From Flavitalea sp. (lineage in GTDB: Bacteria > Bacteroidota > Bacteroidia > Chitinophagales > Chitinophagaceae), in contig JBEVNF010000072.1 of assembly GCA_040508255.1 (NCBI GenBank), positions 1 through 25,611 of the forward strand: a stretch of DNA of 25,611 nt, read 5' to 3'. The position numbers and the translations under genes are program-made. The notes under the pieces are model-generated. The model had not been told where the DNA came from. It did not search any database and was given only the letters and a program-made list of their open reading frames with translations. Shown piece after piece: positions 7,579 to 15,354 of the stretch (the stretch's first letter is position 1; each line of letters opens with the position of its first letter).

Positions 7579-9654
7579 ATGAAGCTTAGAAAATTTAAAA
7601 CAGCAATCATTATCGCAACATTGCTGCGATCGTTTTCGGTATTTGCACAGACTGCGGATGTTACCACCTCAAAGGCGAATTTCAGAACAGCTCCTTTGCC
7701 AACGGGTTTGATAAAAGATAAATACGCTGAGCTACCGCTTGGTGCAATAAAACCAAGCGGCTGGCTCAAAGGTCAGCTTGAGATAATGAACAAAGGAACT
7801 ACCGGGCATCTTGATGAGGTATATCGCAAGGTCCAGAACGATAATGGGTGGCTTGGTGGTAGAGGCGATGGCTGGGAGGAAACACCTTATTGGCTGGATG
7901 GGGCAGTGCCATTGGCTTATTTGCTGGATGATGCCGTATTAAAAGAAAAGGTTCTGAAATACATCAACTGGACAATCGACAATCAGCGTCCCTCCGGATA
8001 TTTTGGCCCCCTTACAAAATGGGAACGTGAAACAGGTAAAAAGGTTTCAGCGGAAGAATGTGATATGGGTGAAGACTGGTGGCCAAAAATGGTGATGCTG
8101 AAAGTTGTTCAGCAATACTATACCGCAACAAATGATAAGCGTGTAATTCCATTTCTTACAAAATATTTTGATTACCAGTTGAAGACACTGCAAGCCTGTC
8201 CCATCAAAAAGTGGACAGAATGGGCGGAGTCGCGTGGTGCTGATAATATGCTTGTGATCCAATGGCTGTATACTAAAACAAAAAATCCTTCATTACTAAA
8301 ACTTGCATCTACTATCCAATCACAATCACTTGGATGGAGCAAAATGTTTTTCGAGCGTGATTGGGTGATCAATGCTGCAACGCTTCAGAACTCTGATAAA
8401 TGGATGACAAGACATGGAGTGAATGTTGCGATGGGTATCAAGGATCCTGCAGTAAACTATCAGCGCACCGGTGATAAAAAATATCTTGAGGCGTTGAATG
8501 TTGGTTTTCATGACCTGATGACCTTGCATGGTTTGCCTTATGGTGTTTTCTCTGCCGATGAAGATCTTCATGGTAATGATCCCACACAGGGTGTAGAACT
8601 GTGCGCAACGGTTGAGGCAATGTTTTCACTTGAACATGCTATTGGCGTTACGGGGAGTACAAAATATATGGATGCATTGGAGCGTATGACCTTTAATGCA
8701 CTTCCAGGGCAGACAACTGATGATTATAATAACAAACAATACTTCCAGATAGCGAACCAGGTTCATATCAAACGTGGTGTGTTCAATTTTTCTTTACCAT
8801 TTGAAAGGGAGATGAATAACGTGCTTGGTATGAGGGCAGGTTATACCTGTTGTCTCGCAAACATGCACCAGGGCTGGACAAAGTTCACTTCGCATTTGTG
8901 GTATGGAGCTGATGGTAATGGCATTGCAGCGCTTCACTATAGTCCCAGTGTTGTAAAAACAAAACTTGGTGCCGCTAAAAAGGAAGTGACAATCACAGAA
9001 AACACTTCTTATCCTTTTGATGATAAGATTGAATTCAATTTCGCAATGACCGGGACAAATGCATTTCCATTCGATGTGAGAATCCCGGAATGGTGTGATA
9101 ACGCTGTCCTGGAAGTGAATGGTCTGAGCCAGGGAATAGTAAAGCCGGGTGAGATGATCAGGATGTCAAGAACCTGGAAAAACGGCGATAAGGTTTCGCT
9201 GATCCTTCCCATGAAAGTGCGTACTTCAAATTGGGGACGGAACTCAAGATCTGTGGAACGCGGCCCGCTTGTATATGCACTTAAGTTGGGGGAGCAGTGG
9301 GAAAAAGATAGTATCAAAGAAGAGGGTGAGTACTTCAATGTGTTTACCAAAGATCCATGGAATTATGGTTTGGTAGAAGCGGTGATCAGGTCGCCGGTGG
9401 AGCAGGTTGGGGTGAAAGTTATCAGTAAACCTGGACAGGGATTTGTCTGGAATCTTGCGAATGCACCGGTTGAACTTACCGCGAAAGCGAAGAAGATCCC
9501 GGATTGGAAAATTGTGAATGATGTAGCTCCACAGCCGGTTACAGCGAGGGAAGGATTGTATAAAGGCAAGGTGGAAAGTGAGGTTGAAACGATAACGTTG
9601 GTGCCTATAGGATGTACGAAGGTGAGGATTGTGGCGTTTCCGGTAGTACCGTAA
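7579..9654 (+). CDS. GH127/GH146-type (beta-L-arabinofuranosidase family) cysteine glycosidase, secreted
   Basis: Signal peptide ends SVFA|Q. Motifs LPLGAIKPSGWL..QL, GGRGDGWEETPYWLDG, HGVN, FSADE, E-L-C (8596-8604) and T-C-C (8848-8853), matching the Zn-binding Glu/Cys/Cys-Cys set of this family. Also T.YPFD, RIPEW and RGPLVYAL in the C-terminal sandwiches. Confidence 0.88.
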   Translation: MKLRKFKTAIIIATLLRSFSVFAQTADVTTSKANFRTAPLPTGLIKDKYAELPLGAIKPSGWLKGQLEIMNKGTTGHLDEVYRKVQNDNGWLGGRGDGWEETPYWLDGAVPLAYLLDDAVLKEKVLKYINWTIDNQRPSGYFGPLTKWERETGKKVSAEECDMGEDWWPKMVMLKVVQQYYTATNDKRVIPFLTKYFDYQLKTLQACPIKKWTEWAESRGADNMLVIQWLYTKTKNPSLLKLASTIQSQSLGWSKMFFERDWVINAATLQNSDKWMTRHGVNVAMGIKDPAVNYQRTGDKKYLEALNVGFHDLMTLHGLPYGVFSADEDLHGNDPTQGVELCATVEAMFSLEHAIGVTGSTKYMDALERMTFNALPGQTTDDYNNKQYFQIANQVHIKRGVFNFSLPFEREMNNVLGMRAGYTCCLANMHQGWTKFTSHLWYGADGNGIAALHYSPSVVKTKLGAAKKEVTITENTSYPFDDKIEFNFAMTGTNAFPFDVRIPEWCDNAVLEVNGLSQGIVKPGEMIRMSRTWKNGDKVSLILPMKVRTSNWGRNSRSVERGPLVYALKLGEQWEKDSIKEEGEYFNVFTKDPWNYGLVEAVIRSPVEQVGVKVISKPGQGFVWNLANAPVELTAKAKKIPDWKIVNDVAPQPVTAREGLYKGKVESEVETITLVPIGCTKVRIVAFPVVP

Positions 9655-9660
9655 ATTTTT

Positions 9661-9697
9661 AAACTGCTCTTCATAATTGGGGAGCAGTTTTGTTTTG
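9661..9697 (+). terminator. Intrinsic terminator closing the carbohydrate locus
   Basis: AAACTGCTC...GAGCAGTTT stem followed by TGTTTTG, 6 nt after the GH127 stop. Confidence 0.75.
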
Positions 9698-9714
9698 GGC
9701 GAGTGGTTAGGACG

Positions 9715-9782
9715 GCTCACTTATTCTGCGAAGATGCTTATACACCCACCTACGCTGTAGCTTCTGCGGGATAATTGTGAGC
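9715..9782 (+). repeat. Long imperfect palindrome, REP-like extragenic element
   Basis: GCTCAC-TTATTCTGC-GAAG pairs with CTTC-GCGGGATAA-GTGAGC (19 pairs with bulges and G-U pairs). The 3' arm CCACCTACGCTGTAGCTTCTGCGGG resembles, from memory, an extragenic palindrome common in Bacteroidota. Confidence 0.45.
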
Positions 9783-9814
9783 ATGGCCCCCAATTTGCAT
9801 CGCGGTCACTTCAT

Positions 9815-11311
9815 ATGACAAACGGCACACTGCTCCAGTTTTTTCACTGGTATATCCCAACGGACGGAAGCTTATGGAACGACGCAAAAGACAAAGCGCA
9901 ACAACTTGCCGACCTCGGCATTAATTCAGTTTGGTTGCCACCTGCATACAAAGGAGAACAGGGTGCAGAATCTTCGGGCTACAATGTTTACGATATATAT
10001 GATCTTGGAGAGTTTGACCAGAAAGGTTCAGTAAGAACCAAGTTTGGTACAAAAGAAGAATATCGTGCTGCCGTGGATACGCTTCATGAAAAAGGAATAC
10101 AGGTTTATGCCGATATAGTTGTGAATCACATGGGTGGCGCGGATGAAACTGAGAAAGTCTGGGTCCGCCGCGTAGATCCGGACAATCGAAATGAATTCAC
10201 CAGCGAGCCTTTTGAGATCGAAGCATTTACAAAATTTACATTTCCTGGCAGGGGCGGTAAGTATTCTGAGTTTGTTTGGAATTATACCTGTTTCACCGGA
10301 ATTGACTATGCAAAAGATCTGGATGAAACAGCGATTTTCAGTATTCTCAATGATTACGGGGAAGGTTGGGAAGATGTGATCGATACAGAAAAGGGGAACT
10401 ACGACTATCTTATGTTCAGCGATATAGAATTCCGTAACAAGGAAGTCAGGGAAGAAATTAAGCGCTGGGGTAAATGGTATCTGGAACAGATCCCCTTCGA
10501 TGGTGTACGGCTCGATGCTGTTAAACATATCGCACCGCAATTTTTCAACGAATGGCTGGACTACATGAGAACGATCAAGCCTGATCTTTTTGCAGTAGGA
10601 GAGTATTGGGCACCAGGTGAGCTGCCATTATTATTGAAATACATTGAAGCGACAAATGAAAGGATGAGTCTTTTCGATGCATCTCTGCATCACAATCTTC
10701 ACAATGCTTCAAAACAGGGAAAAGATTTTGATCTTACAACAATCTTTAATGACAGTCTTGTTGGGGTAAAACCTCAGCTTGCAGTTACAGTTGTAGATAA
10801 TCACGATACACAACCTTTGCAATCATTGGAGGCTCCGGTGGAGGCCTGGTTTAAACCGCATGCCTATTCGCTTATCCTGCTTCGCGAAGGCGGTTACCCG
10901 ACAGTGTTCTACCCGGATCTGTTTGGCGCACACTATACCGATAAAGGGAATGATGGGAACGAGCATGAGATTTTTCTTGACAAAGCCAGGCATATTGAAG
11001 AACTACTGATGGCAAGAAAGCTTTATGCCTATGGACAGCAACGTGACTATTTCGATCATCCCAACTGTATTGGTTGGACCCGCGAAGGCGTAGAGGAAAA
11101 TTCAAACTCCGGTTGTGCCGTTTTGCTCAGCAATAGTGAAGACGGATTTAAGTCTATGGAGATCGGTAAACAATTTACCGGCAAGCCGTTCGTTGATATG
11201 CTTGGAACTATCGGAGATGAAGTTGTAATTAATCAAGACGGGTGGGGTGAGTTCCGGGTTAACGCCGGCGCAATAGCTGTTTGGGTTTTAAAAGAAGCCT
11301 TACCACAATGA
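9815..11311 (+). CDS. amyA: Alpha-amylase, GH13 (subfamily 5 type), cytoplasmic
   Basis: Starts NGTLLQFFHWY with no signal peptide. Conserved regions YADIVVNH, GVRLDAVKHI, AVGEYW and VVDNHDTQP are present with the catalytic D/E/D intact. Confidence 0.93.
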   Translation: MTNGTLLQFFHWYIPTDGSLWNDAKDKAQQLADLGINSVWLPPAYKGEQGAESSGYNVYDIYDLGEFDQKGSVRTKFGTKEEYRAAVDTLHEKGIQVYADIVVNHMGGADETEKVWVRRVDPDNRNEFTSEPFEIEAFTKFTFPGRGGKYSEFVWNYTCFTGIDYAKDLDETAIFSILNDYGEGWEDVIDTEKGNYDYLMFSDIEFRNKEVREEIKRWGKWYLEQIPFDGVRLDAVKHIAPQFFNEWLDYMRTIKPDLFAVGEYWAPGELPLLLKYIEATNERMSLFDASLHHNLHNASKQGKDFDLTTIFNDSLVGVKPQLAVTVVDNHDTQPLQSLEAPVEAWFKPHAYSLILLREGGYPTVFYPDLFGAHYTDKGNDGNEHEIFLDKARHIEELLMARKLYAYGQQRDYFDHPNCIGWTREGVEENSNSGCAVLLSNSEDGFKSMEIGKQFTGKPFVDMLGTIGDEVVINQDGWGEFRVNAGAIAVWVLKEALPQ

Positions 11312-11364
11312 TTGTTTGTCAGGTATGGGTTTTGATGCTTTAACAAAGCCGCAAAAGGAATTAA

Positions 11365-11763
11365 ATGGACAAACTCAAGATTCTGATCGCTGAGAATGAT
11401 GAAGATGAACAGGATTTTTTAAAGGAAGGATTCGATAGCACAGAGAATTTTACGGTGGTTGCAATGGCAAAAAATGCCTATCAGCTTTACGACCTGCTTG
11501 GTAATGCAGGATCCGATCTCCCTGACCTGATCTTAACTGATCTGAATATGGAAGGGCAGAGCGGGTATGATGTATTAAGGTATATCAACGCCCACGAACT
11601 GTACTACAAAATACCTGTCATTGTTTACACAGGATCGTTACTTGACAGCATAGTCACAAAATGTATGGAGCTCGGTGCTCTGCAAGTTGTGATGAAACCT
11701 TCGAGTCTTGATGGTTATCAAAAGTTTCCCGGCCAACTACACGAAATTTTACTTGACAGATAA
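11365..11763 (+). CDS. Single-domain response regulator (receiver only)
   Basis: 132 aa: ILIAENDED, PDLILTDLNM (phospho-Asp), IPVIVYTGS, VMKP. No output domain. Confidence 0.9.
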   Translation: MDKLKILIAENDEDEQDFLKEGFDSTENFTVVAMAKNAYQLYDLLGNAGSDLPDLILTDLNMEGQSGYDVLRYINAHELYYKIPVIVYTGSLLDSIVTKCMELGALQVVMKPSSLDGYQKFPGQLHEILLDR

Positions 11764-11764
11764 T

Positions 11765-12166
11765 TTATACTTCGAAGAAAGTATTGGTGTCTGTACGCAT
11801 AATAACATTGCGGATAATATTTGTAAGTTTCGGAATATCCGCCGCTTTGCGAACACAACCGGCAGCACCTAAAGCAAGTGCCCTGTTGCAAGCTTCTGTG
11901 TTTATCCCATTCGAATACATGATCACCGGAACATTGGCAACATTATCTATCTTTTTGATTTCCTGCAAGCACTCGTAGCCATCCATCCGGGGCATATTGA
12001 TGTCAAGGAAGATCACATCAGGCGTTTTATCCTGAAGAATGTCCAGTGCTTTTGAAGGACTATTTGCCCATGTACAGGTAAAACGCGGATCCACCTCAGT
12101 CAGGGCCTCTGCAAAGATGTCCAGTTCATCCGGATCATCATCAATTAGAAAAAAATTTGTATACAT
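11765..12166 (-). CDS. Single-domain response regulator (receiver only)
   Basis: 133 aa: FLIDDDPDE, PDVIFLDINMPRMDG, VPVIMYSN, VRKA. No output domain. Confidence 0.92.
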   Translation of the reverse strand: MYTNFFLIDDDPDELDIFAEALTEVDPRFTCTWANSPSKALDILQDKTPDVIFLDINMPRMDGYECLQEIKKIDNVANVPVIMYSNGINTEACNRALALGAAGCVRKAADIPKLTNIIRNVIMRTDTNTFFEV

Positions 12167-12267
12167 TTCGACGGTCTGCTCCTTTCTGCTTCTTAACCAA
12201 CATACCGGATCAGACTCATCGTCGTGTCCGTACCGAAGAATACTATCGGAGTATTTGAGTTATGCGT

Positions 12268-12297
12268 CAAAAATAAGGAGAATTTGGAGAAAACAAA
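12268..12297 (-). promoter_or_regulatory. Putative Bacteroidota housekeeping promoter for the - strand receiver gene
   Basis: On the - strand, TTTG (12297-12294), an 18-nt spacer, then TATTTTTG (12275-12268) match TTTG-N19-21-TAnnTTTG with a slightly short spacer. Confidence 0.45.
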
Positions 12298-12450
12298 GTA
12301 TTCGGCCCAAAGTGTAACTGGTTTTCCCCATATTCAAGTAAAATTCAGCATGTTATCCACGTTTTGATAAATAGTAGTTTCCAATTATAATAATTGGGAA
12401 AAACACCCGTTATCTGGGGAAGAAACTAACTAGACTTTCCAAGACTTCCT

Positions 12451-14562
12451 ATGACGTCCCTGAAGACCTTTCCGTTAAACCCAAGACGATTCGGTTCATT
12501 CCTGGTTTTGCTTGCCCTGGTGGCAGCAGGCGTCCTTTATGTATTCCCTGAAAAGAACAAAAAGGTTGTCCGTACATCGGAATTTCTCAATTTTGATTTC
12601 AAGAAGATCAGCGACCTGATCGATGACAGTGCGCGTTACTTCAGAGCCGCAGATTCCATTTTCTCAAAACTACCAAAGGGCCAGGATCTGTACGAAAACT
12701 ATGCTTGTAAGCGCGGATATTTTCTCTTTATCAAGCGTGATCCGTGTAAAACACTCGCCTATACCGACAGTATGCTCAACATCCTTGAGGATCTGAAGGA
12801 TGATCCTGCATATTATTTCTGGTATTCAACAGCCCTTACTTATAAAGGAGATGACCTGCGTGCGCTCAACAGGCACAGCGAAGCACTTGGATTCTATTTC
12901 CTTGCGCGGGAAGCTATTCAGAAAACAGGGGATAGCTGTCTTTACGGAAGTTATAGTGCAACCCTCGGTATGGTTGCCTATGAGCAAAAGAATTATGTGG
13001 ATGCCGGTGAATATTTCAAGCAGGCATTTAATTATCCAAATTACTGTGAGGACCGTGACAATGGTAATACAACACATATGCAGTTTGCCCGTCAGCAAAC
13101 TATTCTTGATAATATTGGATTGTGTTACAGCAAGCGGGGTGTAAGCGACAGCGCGCTTTTCTATTTTGACAGTGCCCTGAATTATATCAGGAACAATTAT
13201 ATGATGGCTTCCACTTTTGATGATAATTATGACCGGCATATCGACACTATCCTGCTTGCAAAGGCACGTGGGGTGATCTTTGGTAATAAGGCTGTGGATC
13301 TGATCAAAACTAAAAAAACAGCAGAGGCAGAAGTCCTTCTGAAGGAAAGCATACGTCTCAACAGTCTTCCGTTTCACGCGCTTGAAGATGTACCTTATTC
13401 GCAGGTAAAGCTTGCGCGTTTGTATCTCGATCAGTCGCGCAATAAAGAGGCTGGTTCAGTGCTCACTGCACTGAAAAAAGGACTTGATACTTTTCCCAAT
13501 ACTGAGAATCTAAAAAACTGGAACCAGCTCCAGGCAAAATATCTGGCAAGTACAGGTGATATGGCCGGTGCAAACGAAAGGTTGAACCGCTATCTGTTCA
13601 TGAAAGATTCTATCGATTCAAAAACTCAGCGACTAACGTCTTCGGATATACGAAAAGAGTTTGCACATCTGAAAACAGAATACCAGCTTCATAATCTTCA
13701 GAAAGAAGATGCACTTAAGAAACGATACCTGCTTGTTGCGTTTGCAGGCATCGTACTTTCTACCATAATCGGTTTGCTGATCTGGAGAAACTACAAACAA
13801 TCACGCCGGAACGTTGATGCGCTGGAAGCATTGAACAGGCAGGTTCGCAGAAAGAACATCCATCTTCAGAATACACTGAGTTCACTTGAAAAAAGCCATG
13901 AAGATAACAGCCGGATGATGAAGATCGTAGCGCATGATCTTCGCAATCCTATTGGTGGTATAGCAGGACTTTCGGCAATCATGCTGAAAGAAGAAAACTT
14001 TCCTGCTGCACATCGTGGTATGCTCGAGATGATCCACAAATCAAGTAATCACTCGATAGAACTTATCCAGGATCTTGTACATATCCACAACTCTGCAATG
14101 GACAGGCATAATGAACCCATGGAGCTTCGTGATCTGCTTAGTTATTGTATTGAGATGTTGCATCTGAAAAGTGAAGAGAAGAATCAACGGATCTTCCTTG
14201 TGGGCAGCAGCGCAATGGTTAAGGGTGATCGTGATAAGTTATGGAGAGTATTTAATAACCTGATCAGCAATGCCATCAAGTTCAGTCCAAACGATACTGA
14301 GATCAGCGTTTCACTGGAGGTGAAGGATAGTGTTGTGACTGTTAGTGTACAGGATCAGGGAATCGGTGTGCCTGAATCCCTTCGTGATAAAATGTTTATG
14401 ATGTCGGGAGAAGCCAAGCGTCGTGGTACTGCAGGTGAGCCGTCGTTTGGTCTTGGACTTGGCATCTCGAAACAGATCGTTGAAGCAAACAATGGAAAGA
14501 TCTGGTACCAGAATGCCACGGGGCAGGGTGCCGTGTTCAATGTGTCGTTCCCGCTGGCTTAA
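12451..14562 (+). CDS. Membrane sensor histidine kinase with a periplasmic TPR-like sensor
   Basis: TM1 near the N-terminus, helical TPR-like repeats (ALGFYFLA, AGEYFKQA, LDNIGLCY..ALFYFDSAL), TM2 YLLVAFAGIVLSTIIGLLIW, H-box VAHDLRNP, N-box NNLISNAIKFS, G1 DQGIG, G2 FGLGLGIS. Confidence 0.93.
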   Translation: MTSLKTFPLNPRRFGSFLVLLALVAAGVLYVFPEKNKKVVRTSEFLNFDFKKISDLIDDSARYFRAADSIFSKLPKGQDLYENYACKRGYFLFIKRDPCKTLAYTDSMLNILEDLKDDPAYYFWYSTALTYKGDDLRALNRHSEALGFYFLAREAIQKTGDSCLYGSYSATLGMVAYEQKNYVDAGEYFKQAFNYPNYCEDRDNGNTTHMQFARQQTILDNIGLCYSKRGVSDSALFYFDSALNYIRNNYMMASTFDDNYDRHIDTILLAKARGVIFGNKAVDLIKTKKTAEAEVLLKESIRLNSLPFHALEDVPYSQVKLARLYLDQSRNKEAGSVLTALKKGLDTFPNTENLKNWNQLQAKYLASTGDMAGANERLNRYLFMKDSIDSKTQRLTSSDIRKEFAHLKTEYQLHNLQKEDALKKRYLLVAFAGIVLSTIIGLLIWRNYKQSRRNVDALEALNRQVRRKNIHLQNTLSSLEKSHEDNSRMMKIVAHDLRNPIGGIAGLSAIMLKEENFPAAHRGMLEMIHKSSNHSIELIQDLVHIHNSAMDRHNEPMELRDLLSYCIEMLHLKSEEKNQRIFLVGSSAMVKGDRDKLWRVFNNLISNAIKFSPNDTEISVSLEVKDSVVTVSVQDQGIGVPESLRDKMFMMSGEAKRRGTAGEPSFGLGLGISKQIVEANNGKIWYQNATGQGAVFNVSFPLA

Positions 14563-14592
14563 TTTTACAACGATGCAATGGTATGATTGTGG

Positions 14593-14600
14593 TATATTCG
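14593..14600 (+). promoter_or_regulatory. Putative -7 promoter element for the small ORF at 14621
   Basis: TATATTCG is one mismatch from TAnnTTTG, 20 nt upstream of the ATG and followed by an A-rich leader (ATAAATAAACAACCAG). Confidence 0.4.
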
Positions 14601-14620
14601 GTTGATAAATAAACAACCAG

Positions 14621-14737
14621 ATGAACAAACTATTCAGGGCGCTTATTGCAGGCTACGGTGCAAAAAAACTTGGTGGCGGTTGCCTTAGTACAATTATTAT
14701 TTTCGTTCTGATATATTACGCACTGGGACATTGCTAG
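14621..14737 (+). CDS. 38-aa single-pass membrane microprotein (below the ORF-track cutoff)
   Basis: Hand translation: MNKLFRALIAGYGAKKLGGGCLSTIIIFVLIYYALGHC-stop. It has an A-rich initiation region, a candidate promoter, and a basic Gly-rich N-terminus followed by a hydrophobic helix. Confidence 0.75.
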   Translation: MNKLFRALIAGYGAKKLGGGCLSTIIIFVLIYYALGHC

Positions 14738-14982
14738 GCTTTCTTCCCGTTCCATTTCATCTTCATGTAAACATCACCACTTTTCAGTTCTTCCAGCATT
14801 TGAGCGAGACGCTTTTGCCTGGTTGCCTCTGTTTTAGGTGACGAGATCCAGTATATGTAATCATTTTGCTGGTAAGGGGGGCGTTTTTTATAGGATGACA
14901 TAAATCCGTTGTCATTCAATGCTGCGCGCATCCATGTGGGCATAGTATGCCTTTCGCGCCGGAGAGTTGAATTGGCTGACAT
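14734..14982 (-). CDS. YdeI/OmpD-associated family protein
   Basis: 82 aa with MP.W...AL, Y..RPPYQQNDYIYWISSPK.EATRQKRLAQML.EL..G..YM.M.W, the pattern of this family. Confidence 0.85.
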   Translation of the reverse strand: MSANSTLRRERHTMPTWMRAALNDNGFMSSYKKRPPYQQNDYIYWISSPKTEATRQKRLAQMLEELKSGDVYMKMKWNGKKA

Positions 14983-14985
14983 AAA

Positions 14986-15231
14986 TTATTCTTTAATTGT
15001 ACCAAGATACTCATCGATGCTTACCCCAACGAGCCTTGTAAGTTCCTCAGGGCGATCCTCACTGTTGGTCCAGTTACCACTTCCGTTTGAAACGTTTCCA
15101 AAAAATATGTCATTCAGTACCACATGAAATGATGTTGGGATGCCGTTTTGTTTTTTGGAAGATGGATTTACCCATCCGTTGTAATGCATCCCGTTATAAT
15201 CGAATCTGATATCAAAGATTTTTTCAGCCAT
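14986..15231 (-). CDS. Hypothetical protein (81 aa), likely co-transcribed with the YdeI-family gene
   Basis: The ATG at 15231 (MAEKIFDIRFDYNG...) is preferred over the track start at 15297, which overlaps the fabF upstream region. The stop is 3 nt from the next start. Confidence 0.7.
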   Translation of the reverse strand: MAEKIFDIRFDYNGMHYNGWVNPSSKKQNGIPTSFHVVLNDIFFGNVSNGSGNWTNSEDRPEELTRLVGVSIDEYLGTIKE

Positions 15232-15302
15232 ATTCTGTGAATTGTTAATGGTGTAACAGATTGGTCGGTCAATTGTTTGATGGTTTTGCCCCCGCATTAT
15301 CT

Positions 15303-15310
15303 TAACTTTG
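15303..15310 (+). promoter_or_regulatory. Putative -7 promoter element for fabF
   Basis: TAACTTTG is an exact TAnnTTTG match 44 nt before the fabF ATG. No TTTG at canonical -33 spacing was found. Confidence 0.55.
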
Positions 15311-15354
15311 CGCCTGAATTTTTAAGAGGCAAAAATCAACATCACAATACTTCT

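Noticed and set aside
12179-12185. Shine-Dalgarno-like AAAGGAG on the - strand before the receiver gene
   Set aside because: The 12-nt spacing is long and Bacteroidota rarely use SD pairing, so it is likely chance.
12353-12361. DnaA-box-like TTATCCACG
   Set aside because: A single 8/9 match with no cluster and no origin-associated genes.
15277-15354. N-terminal extension of fabF given in the ORF track
   Set aside because: It spans the TAACTTTG promoter element, and FabF proteins begin at MKRV (15355).
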